Shown here in pieces: positions 8,845 through 16,096 of a DNA stretch of 32,000 bases. This DNA is from Geobacter metallireducens GS-15 (lineage in GTDB: Bacteria; Desulfobacterota; Desulfuromonadia; Geobacterales; Geobacteraceae). The notes under the pieces were generated by a model. That model ran no database searches and had not been told where the DNA came from. It worked only from the letters and a program-made list of their open reading frames with translations. The DNA lies in assembly GCF_000012925.1 (NCBI RefSeq), contig NC_007517.1, forward strand, positions 3,300,001 through 3,332,000. Direction: 5' to 3'. The number at the start of each line of letters is the position of its first letter. The first letter of the stretch is position 1. Position numbers and translations under genes: made by a program.

Positions 8845-9309
8845 CTAGTTGGCAAGGGCAACGGCGTTGTCGATCACCTCGGCCACAACAACGTTCTCGG
8901 AGGTGAAGACCGACGCGAAGTTGCTCTGAAGCGCGGCATAGAAGCCGGGACGCTTATCAGCCGGCACCTGGAGAAGCTCGGCAAAGGCGTCGAGGGACTC
9001 ACCGCGCCCCTGGGCGATGTCACGGGCCAAGTTATCCATGTTGGCTCGGACGAAGTGGTTCAGGCGCTCGTTCTGCACCACCTTGCCAGGGGTGCCGCAC
9101 TCGAGGGTGCCGGAGGTGATACCGAAGGTCTGCGTGCCAAAGGTCTGGTTGGTGGTTGCCTGTAATGCCTGCGAGAAAACCGAACTGTCTGCCCGGCCTT
9201 TCCACAGGACCGTTCCAAGGCCACAGCCGGTATTGGCTTTGCCGCTGGCCGCAAAGGCAGAGGCGGCAGTGACGACCGTGATTGCCACAGCGAGAAGAGC
9301 TCTTTTCAT
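8845..9309 (-). CDS. DUF3015-like secreted protein
   Basis: 154 aa with signal peptide (..VVTAASAFA-ASG). GCGLGT...TTNQTFGTQTFGITSGTLECG resembles DUF3015 as I recall it. AAGGAGG SD. Confidence 0.65.
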   Translation of the reverse strand: MKRALLAVAITVVTAASAFAASGKANTGCGLGTVLWKGRADSSVFSQALQATTNQTFGTQTFGITSGTLECGTPGKVVQNERLNHFVRANMDNLARDIAQGRGESLDAFAELLQVPADKRPGFYAALQSNFASVFTSENVVVAEVIDNAVALAN

Positions 9310-9372
9310 ATCCTACCTCCTTGTAAAAATTTTCCTCCTACTGATTCAACCCTACCACAGCATAAAGTGTTG

Positions 9373-10230
9373 TCAACGCCTCTGCGTGTCGGCGCCGGGA
9401 GCAAACGCCCCGTCAAGACGCTCCACCAGGGCGCGCCGCAACGCCGGGTCGGCAAATGAGCCCACATGCCCCAGGCCCGATGTGGTCCAGAGATCCGCGG
9501 AAGGGCCTGCCGCCTCGCGCAGCAGCCGGCCATGGCGGGATGGGACTATCGGATCCAGCTCGTCGTTGATGATGATGAGTGGCACCGGCGCCACCTCTCC
9601 CACGAAACGCAGGGGACTGTAGTCGTCGTTGAAAAGAAGGGAAAGGGGATACTGGAAGGGCCAGGTGAGGAAAAAACCGCCGAGCTTTTCCCGGGCAATG
9701 AGGCGGTAGTCGGCGAAGGGGCTGTCGACAACAAGAAGCCTGACCGCCTTCTTGTGGGGCGTGGTCGCAACCAGATGGATGGCAATGGCGCCTCCCAGGC
9801 TCTGACCCAGCACCGCGACCCGCTGCGGGTCCACACCCGGCAGGGTGAGGAGGGTCGCAAGGGCCGCCTCGGCATCCCGATGGACCCCGTCGATGGTCGG
9901 CGTCCCCTCGGAGAGGCCGTAGCCACGATAGTCGATGATGAAAACCGCAAACCCCTCTTTGACCAGCCAGAGAATGCTGTTCACGTGGGTGCTGATGTTT
10001 TCGGCATTACCATGGAGGACGAGAATGCTCCCCCGCGGCTGGCCGGAGGGGCGAAGGAGCCAACCGTGCAGCCGGACACCATCGGATGCGCGGAATGAGA
10101 TATCTTCGGCGGGAAAACGAACGAGCAGTTGATTGTCCACCAGGTGCCGCTGGGGATAAAAGATCAACGACGAACAGCCCGTGCAGAGCAAAAGCAGGGT
10201 CATAAGAGCGACAACAGAGGATATACGCAT
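9373..10230 (-). CDS. Alpha/beta-fold hydrolase lipoprotein
   Basis: 285 aa with lipobox LLLCTGC, an HGNAEN oxyanion region and a GQSLGG nucleophile elbow (GxSxG). Confidence 0.8.
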   Translation of the reverse strand: MRISSVVALMTLLLLCTGCSSLIFYPQRHLVDNQLLVRFPAEDISFRASDGVRLHGWLLRPSGQPRGSILVLHGNAENISTHVNSILWLVKEGFAVFIIDYRGYGLSEGTPTIDGVHRDAEAALATLLTLPGVDPQRVAVLGQSLGGAIAIHLVATTPHKKAVRLLVVDSPFADYRLIAREKLGGFFLTWPFQYPLSLLFNDDYSPLRFVGEVAPVPLIIINDELDPIVPSRHGRLLREAAGPSADLWTTSGLGHVGSFADPALRRALVERLDGAFAPGADTQRR

Positions 10231-10332
10231 GGTCTCTCCGGCACGAACTGATAGCAGATGGTAACTGATCCCGCATACTCCGTCAACGCCGCCGTCCCCC
10301 TTGCCGGACCGAGGCGGGTAATCGCCTGGAGC

Positions 10333-10361
10333 TTGACTAATATTGCAGCAAAGATTAAGCT
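10333..10361 (+). promoter_or_regulatory. Sigma-70-type promoter candidate for the sensor kinase
   Basis: TTGACT - 17 nt - TAAGCT. The -35 context TTGACTAAT is shared with the promoter at 16868. Confidence 0.4.
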
Positions 10362-10417
10362 GTATTTAAATTTACTACACCCCATCGATCCTTGCCACAA
10401 CAGTACCACCCGAGGTC

Positions 10418-12049
10418 ATGCCCTTGCGCCTGTCGCTCATTGCCAAACTCTCCCTCGCCATAAGCCTCATCCTCCTCGCCACCATGGGGCTCTTTGCCTA
10501 CATTAACGTAGAACAACTCGAAAAGCTCCTCTACGAGGAGGCGGTCATCGATGCCGACAAGCTGAGCGAGACCATCATCCGCACCACCCACTACCACATG
10601 CTCGAAAACAACCTGAAACGGGCCTACCAGATCATCGACGAGGTAGGGTCCCAGCGGGGAATCATTGACCGCATCAGGATGGTCAACAAATTTGGCCTCG
10701 TAACCCACTCCACGGACTCAAAGGAGAAAGGCCTCTATCTGGACAAGAAGGCCGAGGCGTGCAGCATGTGCCACTCGGGGCCATCTCCCCTTGTCCACGC
10801 TACCACCATGAATCGCAGCCGTCTCTTCACCAACAGGGAGGGGAAAGAGGTCCTGGGCCTCGCCAAGGCAATCTATAACGAGGAGCGTTGCTACACGGCC
10901 CCCTGTCATTTTCACCCCAAGGAGGCCAAGGTCCTCGGCGTCCTGGACGTTATCGTTTCCCTCGACCAGATGCACCAGAAGGTATACGCCTATCGCAACG
11001 AGATCATCGTTCTCACGGTCCTGCAGATCGGCCTTATCGCCCTCTGTCTCACCTTCCTCACCCAGCGCCTGGTCAACCGGCCGGTCCGGGCGCTGGTCAA
11101 CCATGCCCATTTGATAGGCGGCGGCGACCTCGACGCCACGGTGAGGGTCAAGAACCGCGACGAGCTCGGCGAACTGGCCGATGCCTTCAACGGCATGACA
11201 ATAAACCTGAAAAAGGCACGGGTAGAGTTGGAGGATTGGGGCAAAAACCTTGAAGACAAGGTGGAAGAGCGGACCCAGGAGATCAAGAAAATCCAGTCGC
11301 AGTTGGTCCACTCCGAGAAGCTCGCCTCCCTGGGAGAACTTGTGGCAGGGATTGCCCACGAGATCAACAACCCCCTGACCGGCATCCTCGTCTTCGCGTC
11401 GCTGCTTGCCAGCGATTCGAAGCTCGATCCGTCCCTGAAGGGGGACCTGGACCTGATCGTCAAGGAAACCCAGCGCTGCGCCCGAATCGTGAAGGGGCTG
11501 CTCGATTTCTCCAGGGAATCGATGCCCCAGAAAAAGCCCTCGTCCCTGAACGCCATCATGGACGCAACACTGACGCTGGTCTGCAACCAGTCGAGCTTCC
11601 ACGATATCAACGTCATCAAGGAGTACAACCCCGACATCCCCGAGATGAACCTCGACCCGAACCAGATCGAGCAGGTGTTTATCAACCTGCTCCTGAACGC
11701 CTGCCACGCCATCGGGGGTCCTGGGGAGATCAGGATCAGAACCGGCTTCGACCAGGAGCGGGAAGAGGCCTACGCCGCCATTACCGACAACGGCTGCGGG
11801 ATTCCCGAGGAACATTTATCCAAAATATTCGACCCCTTCTTTTCCACCAAGGAAAACAAGGGTACCGGCCTGGGACTTTCGGTTTCCTACGGAATTATCG
11901 AGGGCCACGGTGGGAGAATCGAGGTCCGGAGCACCATGGGAGCGGGGACCACCTTCACCTGCTGGCTGCCGCTCAACCATGACAGGGCAACGGCTACGGC
12001 CGAAGCGGCGGCGGCCAATCAGGCGGCTCCCTTGCCGGAATCCTCCTGA
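10418..12049 (+). CDS. Sensor histidine kinase with periplasmic haem-c sensor domain, HAMP, HisKA and HATPase
   Basis: 543 aa. TM1, then a periplasmic region with CSMCH (10760..10774) and CYTAPCH (10889..10909), then TM2 and HAMP (DELGELADAFNGM). H-box AHEINNPL, N-box LLLNACHA, G-boxes DNGCGI and GTGLGLS. Confidence 0.85.
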   Translation: MPLRLSLIAKLSLAISLILLATMGLFAYINVEQLEKLLYEEAVIDADKLSETIIRTTHYHMLENNLKRAYQIIDEVGSQRGIIDRIRMVNKFGLVTHSTDSKEKGLYLDKKAEACSMCHSGPSPLVHATTMNRSRLFTNREGKEVLGLAKAIYNEERCYTAPCHFHPKEAKVLGVLDVIVSLDQMHQKVYAYRNEIIVLTVLQIGLIALCLTFLTQRLVNRPVRALVNHAHLIGGGDLDATVRVKNRDELGELADAFNGMTINLKKARVELEDWGKNLEDKVEERTQEIKKIQSQLVHSEKLASLGELVAGIAHEINNPLTGILVFASLLASDSKLDPSLKGDLDLIVKETQRCARIVKGLLDFSRESMPQKKPSSLNAIMDATLTLVCNQSSFHDINVIKEYNPDIPEMNLDPNQIEQVFINLLLNACHAIGGPGEIRIRTGFDQEREEAYAAITDNGCGIPEEHLSKIFDPFFSTKENKGTGLGLSVSYGIIEGHGGRIEVRSTMGAGTTFTCWLPLNHDRATATAEAAAANQAAPLPESS

Positions 12050-12076
12050 CTCTCCATCCGCTTTCATCGGCATAAG

Positions 12077-12108
12077 AAAAGGGGTCCACGGATTGTGGCC
12101 CCCTTTTT
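12077..12108. terminator. Bidirectional rho-independent terminator between the convergent kinase and activator genes
   Basis: AAAA-GGGGTCCAC-loop-GTGGCCCCC-TTTTT: 8 pairs with one mismatch, an A-tract on one side and a T-tract on the other. Confidence 0.6.
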
Positions 12109-12140
12109 CGTTTCAATCGCCCCGCAGCAGCGGCTTCGCG

Positions 12141-13553
12141 TCAATTGTTCATCTGACTTCGCACTGAGATCCGCAGTTTTTTAAGCAACGCCTGGAAGTT
12201 GGGCCGAAGCATACCCGTTTCCTCAGCAGCCCGGGTAATGTTCCAGTTGTTGCGTTTGAGGGCCTGGAGGACAAAGGCCTTTTCGATGGGTTCCACGGCT
12301 CGCTCCCGAATCTGCCGCTTGGTCTCCTTCAACTCCTCGACGTTCTGGGGGACATAGGCCGCAACTCCGGTCCCCTCGCTTCCGGAGAGACGCAGTTCCA
12401 GATCTTCCTTCTGGATCAAATCCTCCTCGGCAAGGACCACGGCCCGCTCGATGATGTTCTCCAACTCCCGTACGTTGCCGGGAAACGTGTAATCCTCCAG
12501 GAGTGCCATGGCGTCAGGCGCCAGTCCCCGGATTTCCCGCCCCATCTCCTCGGAAAACTTCTTGAGGAAGAAGGCGATGAGGAGCGGCAGATCCCCCTTG
12601 CGCTCACGCAGGGGAGGAAGGTCTATGGGAATAATGTTCAGGCGGAAGAAGAGGTCTTCCCGGAAGGTCCCCTGGGGGACCAGGGTCCGGAGGTTCTTGT
12701 TGGTGGCAGCCACGAGGCGGATGTCGATGGGGACCGGCTGGGTGCCGCCGATGGGGGTGATCTCCCGCTCCTGAAGAACCCGCAGGAGCTTCGCCTGGGT
12801 GGTGAGGCTTATGTTGGATATCTCGTCCAAGAAGAGGGTGCCGCCGTCAGCCACCTTGAAGAGTCCGGTTTTCGTCTGGATCGCACCGGTGAACGATCCT
12901 TTCACGTGGCCGAACAATTCGCTTTCCAGGAGGTTCTCGGCCAGGGACGTACAGTCGACGGCAACAAAGGGATTTTCGCGGCGGTTGCTGTGGTTGTGGA
13001 TGGCCCGGGCAACCAGCTCCTTCCCGGTACCGCTCTCGCCGGTGATGAGAACGGTGCTGTCGGTGGGGGCAACCTGGATGATGCGCCGGTAGACCTTCTG
13101 GATTTCCTTGCTCTCCCCCACGAAGAGATCGAAGCCGTGGTGCTCTCCCAGCTCCTTCTTCAGAAAGATGTTCTCAATCAGGACTGCACGCTGATCGAGA
13201 GCTTTCCTCACTTTCTCCGTAATCTGCTCGGGGGTAAAGGGTTTGGCGATGTAGTCGAAGGCACCGTTCTTCATGGCCTCCACAGCGGTGTCGACGGTTG
13301 AGAAGCCGGTAATGATGATAACCGGAACTTCCGGCTGCAGAACCTTGATTGCCTTGAGAACCTCCATGCCGCTCATGCCGGGCATCTTCAGGTCGGTAAT
13401 CACAAGACTGAAGTTTTCCTCCTGCATCCGTTCGAGGGCAATCTGCCCGCTGGCCGAGGTCTCCACATGGAATCCCTCCTTCTCCAGGATGCGCCGCAGT
13501 CCCTCGCGAATAACCGCTTCATCGTCCACCACAAGAACATCAATGTTTTCCAT
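12141..13553 (-). CDS. bccR: Sigma-54-dependent response regulator (NtrC family: REC, AAA+, Fis-type HTH)
   Basis: REC with a canonical DD pocket, phospho-Asp (VITDLKMPG), T and K. Walker A GESGTGKE, GSFTGA loop (GAFTGA variant) and a C-terminal HTH. ATG at 13553 has a GGAAGGTGG SD; the ORF track begins at an upstream GTG (13559). The symbol rests on recalled synteny with G. sulfurreducens GSU0598 and is tentative. Confidence 0.8.
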   Translation of the reverse strand: MENIDVLVVDDEAVIREGLRRILEKEGFHVETSASGQIALERMQEENFSLVITDLKMPGMSGMEVLKAIKVLQPEVPVIIITGFSTVDTAVEAMKNGAFDYIAKPFTPEQITEKVRKALDQRAVLIENIFLKKELGEHHGFDLFVGESKEIQKVYRRIIQVAPTDSTVLITGESGTGKELVARAIHNHSNRRENPFVAVDCTSLAENLLESELFGHVKGSFTGAIQTKTGLFKVADGGTLFLDEISNISLTTQAKLLRVLQEREITPIGGTQPVPIDIRLVAATNKNLRTLVPQGTFREDLFFRLNIIPIDLPPLRERKGDLPLLIAFFLKKFSEEMGREIRGLAPDAMALLEDYTFPGNVRELENIIERAVVLAEEDLIQKEDLELRLSGSEGTGVAAYVPQNVEELKETKRQIRERAVEPIEKAFVLQALKRNNWNITRAAEETGMLRPNFQALLKKLRISVRSQMNN

Positions 13554-13758
13554 CGCCACCTTCCCTTTTCATCCCCCATACGGGTGGGTTACTCATTCAT
13601 AACAGACCGGCGACAAAGCAACAGACGATTAGTAGTTTCTAAATTACATCAACCACCCTGACAAGTCAAACACCTTATGGAGTCACACCTATCGACCGAA
13701 AGTCGACTCGCTTGAATTTATTACATGATTTCAATATGATACAACCGAAAACCCGACT

Positions 13759-13776
13759 GTACAATAATTTATACAC
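13759..13776 (+). promoter_or_regulatory. Distal UAS candidate (TGTACA-N6-TATACA, contains TTATACAC)
   Basis: About 190 bp upstream of the -24 element at 13964; contains the same 8-mer as 13872..13879 and 701..708 (minus). Confidence 0.35.
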
Positions 13777-13860
13777 TCCAAACCCAAGCACAATACCATG
13801 CAATTACGGCAAGTTAGCCACAGACACCCTTTCAGGCCGCTCCGGGACTGCCCGGTGCCC

Positions 13861-13879
13861 GTATAACTACATTATACAC
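13861..13879 (+). promoter_or_regulatory. Proximal UAS candidate, perfect inverted repeat GTATAA-N5-TTATAC
   Basis: GTATAACTACATTATAC is palindromic (6-bp arms) and lies about 90 to 100 bp upstream of the sigma-54 promoter, a typical enhancer-binding-protein distance. An AT-rich, IHF-like stretch (TTTCAATAACTTA, about 13934..13946) lies between them. Confidence 0.45.
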
Positions 13880-13963
13880 ATCGCCCCATCCCCGTCCTCT
13901 CAGGCTCTGGCCTTTAAACGAATTCTTCCCAATTTTCAATAACTTAAAAATATTTAATCAATC

Positions 13964-13979
13964 TGGCATAACGGATGCA
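13964..13979 (+). promoter_or_regulatory. Sigma-54 (-24/-12) promoter of the small-protein/pseudo-REC/cytochrome operon
   Basis: TGGCAT-AACGG-ATGCA against consensus TGGCAC-N5-TTGCA. About 43-nt leader to the ATG at 14034. Lies divergent from the NtrC-type activator gene. Confidence 0.7.
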
Positions 13980-14033
13980 CTTGTAATGGTCAAGACGGCA
14001 CGCATCGTTATTCACATACCCAGGGAGAATGCC

Positions 14034-14273
14034 ATGAAAACCTCAGCGAGAGCACTCTTAGCACTTCTTGCAGCATCCGGTACAGCCCTTGCGGCAAGCG
14101 GTGCCGAATCCGAGGCCAACGGCTTCCTGGTGACGCTCTTCCTCGCGTTTGGTGCCCTGGTCATAGCTTTCCAACTGGCCCCCGGCCTGATCCTGTTCGG
14201 CTCCATGATGAAAGGGCTTTTCTCCAGGCCGGCCGACGAAACCGTCATGGGCGACTCCGGCAACGAACGGTAG
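14034..14273 (+). CDS. Small (79 aa) signal-peptide plus single-TM protein, copy 2
   Basis: Internal ATG of ORF 13986..14273, chosen because AGGGAGA sits 5 nt upstream and it aligns with the starts of the paralogs. MKTSARALLALLAASGTALA-ASGAESE, then a helix, then APGLILFGSMMKGLFS. Confidence 0.8.
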   Translation: MKTSARALLALLAASGTALAASGAESEANGFLVTLFLAFGALVIAFQLAPGLILFGSMMKGLFSRPADETVMGDSGNER

Positions 14274-14304
14274 GTCTGGCGATTCCGACGGAGAGAGGAC
14301 AGCC

Positions 14305-14697
14305 ATGTTAGGACTTCTCATCGCAGACAACGATACTGTTGCTCGCAAGGAACTGGCGGATCTTTTCATCGAAGCAGGCTACAACGTTACCGTGACCAAC
14401 TCAGCGGCCAACGCCCTCTATGGGATACTCAAAAAAACCGCGCAGGTGGTCCTTATCGGGAGCGAATTCGACAATTTCAAGGCCGGCGATCTGATACCAC
14501 TCCTCAAGCAATGCGATCGGAACGTTACGATTATCCTCGTATCCGATGAGGACTCCCTCCCGGTCATGCGTAAGCTTCGCAAGGATGGGATATTCTACCA
14601 CGCACTGAGACCGGTCAAACCGGAGGACAAAGAAGAAATCCGCCAGGCCGTGCGATGCGCCTTCGAAAACCTTCTCAGCGCACGGCCGGCAAGATAA
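14305..14697 (+). CDS. Stand-alone receiver-fold protein lacking the phospho-acceptor Asp (pseudo-receiver)
   Basis: 130 aa with a GGAGAGAGGA SD. Hand alignment to CheY: the acidic pocket is partly kept (D8, D10), the phospho-Asp position is Gly52 (VVLIGSEF), the Thr position is Ser80 and the Lys position is Arg102 (ALRP). Confidence 0.75.
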   Translation: MLGLLIADNDTVARKELADLFIEAGYNVTVTNSAANALYGILKKTAQVVLIGSEFDNFKAGDLIPLLKQCDRNVTIILVSDEDSLPVMRKLRKDGIFYHALRPVKPEDKEEIRQAVRCAFENLLSARPAR

Positions 14698-14746
14698 CGC
14701 TTTTGGTTAACCAACCACGGAATCAAAGGGAAAAAAGGAGGACACC

Positions 14747-14977
14747 ATGAAACGCTCATTGGCACAAACAATCGCAGTTTGGCTCGGCATGGCGGTTCCG
14801 GCGCTGGCAGCATCAGGAGCGCGGGAAGACAACAGCGGCATCTTCGTCTGGATATTCCTCGGATTTTGCGCCCTTATCGTCGTCGCCCAACTTCTTCCGG
14901 CACTGCTCATGATGCTCGGCTTCGCCAAGGGGCTCAAGAAGGAACAGCCCATGGCCAAAGAGTCTGCGCACCACTAA
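14747..14977 (+). CDS. Small (76 aa) signal-peptide plus single-TM protein, copy 3 (more diverged)
   Basis: AGGAGG SD 6 nt upstream. MKRSLAQTIAVWLGMAVPALA-ASGARED, then a helix (IFVWIFLGFCALIVVAQLLPALLMMLGF), then AKGLKK. Confidence 0.8.
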   Translation: MKRSLAQTIAVWLGMAVPALAASGAREDNSGIFVWIFLGFCALIVVAQLLPALLMMLGFAKGLKKEQPMAKESAHH

Positions 14978-15041
14978 ATGAATGCCGCACCGCGTCACGA
15001 GAAACCAACGTATTCACCGCACAGGAAAAGGAGGCGACGTA

Positions 15042-16094
15042 ATGACAACCCTACGATCAGCAACTCTCGTGCTATCGATTCTCCTGGTCTTCCCGATGGT
15101 GGCCCTTGCCGCCGCAGCTACCGAAGACGGATGCATCGGTTGCCACGGCGACAAGAATATCAGCGGCAAGAGCGGGTCCCATCTCTTCATCGACCCGGGC
15201 CAGTACAAGAAAACCAGCCATTCGATCATCGGCTGCACCTCTTGCCATGAATCGGTGACATCCAATCACCCGAATGACGGCATCAGGCCGTCGCGGGCCA
15301 CCTGCAAGGAATGCCACAGCCCGGTCCACCAGGAGTATGCCGCGAGTCTCCACGCCAATAACGCGGCGTGTGCCGACTGCCACAATCCCCATGCGGTGAA
15401 GCCGCCGGCGATGACGTCGGCCCGGGACATGAACGCCATGTGCGCCAAATGCCACGAAACCGCCAAGATGGTCAATGTTCACGCCAAATGGCTTCCGCAG
15501 GCAGACCTCCACATCGACGCCCTCCCCTGCATCACCTGCCACACCGGTTCGCAAAATTACGTCATAACCATGTACATCGAGAAACGGCTGGGGACAAAGG
15601 AGCACAGCGACTTCAAGGTGGCCAGCTTTGACGAGCTCACCCAGCTCGTGCCGGGCGACAAGGACGTGAAAGCCCTTATCGACACCAATGGCGACAACTT
15701 CATCTCCCTGGCTGAGCTTCGGTCCTTCAACCGCAATTCGAAGCATGACGACATGAGACTCTGGGGAATGATGACCCCCGAAAAGGTAACCCACAGCTAC
15801 CAGATTCTGGACAACCGCTGGGACTGCACCTTCTGCCATGCCTCCGGCCCCAGGGCCATGCAGACGAGCTTCGTCGCCTTCCCGGAAAAGGGAGGCACCT
15901 ACACCCGCGTGGCCGTCGAGAAGGGAGCCGTCCTCGACGTCCTCTACGGGACTCCCGACTTCTACATGATGGGCTCCACCCGCAGCACGGCGCTCTCCAT
16001 CGTCGGCGGACTCATCGTCCTCGGCGGCATGGGGTTTGCCGGAGTGCACGGGACACTAAGATTCCTCACCAGAAAAAATAGAAAGGAGCACTAA
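15042..16094 (+). CDS. cbcA: Heptahaem c-type cytochrome with C-terminal membrane anchor (CbcA-like)
   Basis: ATG at 15042 (AAGGAGG SD) rather than the track start at 14982. Signal peptide; seven CxxCH motifs (CIGCH, CTSCH, CKECH, CADCH, CAKCH, CITCH, CTFCH); C-terminal [21 protein letters not shown]. The stop lies 2 nt before the cytochrome b start. The symbol rests on recalled synteny. Confidence 0.8.
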   Translation: MTTLRSATLVLSILLVFPMVALAAAATEDGCIGCHGDKNISGKSGSHLFIDPGQYKKTSHSIIGCTSCHESVTSNHPNDGIRPSRATCKECHSPVHQEYAASLHANNAACADCHNPHAVKPPAMTSARDMNAMCAKCHETAKMVNVHAKWLPQADLHIDALPCITCHTGSQNYVITMYIEKRLGTKEHSDFKVASFDELTQLVPGDKDVKALIDTNGDNFISLAELRSFNRNSKHDDMRLWGMMTPEKVTHSYQILDNRWDCTFCHASGPRAMQTSFVAFPEKGGTYTRVAVEKGAVLDVLYGTPDFYMMGSTRSTALSIVGGLIVLGGMGFAGVHGTLRFLTRKNRKEH

Positions 16095-16096
16095 TC

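Noticed and set aside
13712-13942. 76-aa ORF in the AT-rich intergenic region between the activator gene and the sigma-54 operon
   Set aside because: It has a TTG start and no SD, and it has odd composition. It covers the inverted repeats and the AT-rich bend region expected for an enhancer-dependent promoter.
14982-15041. Upstream extension of the heptahaem cytochrome ORF (track start 14982)
   Set aside because: The extension is basic and has no signal peptide. The ATG at 15042 has an AAGGAGG SD and immediately begins a signal peptide.
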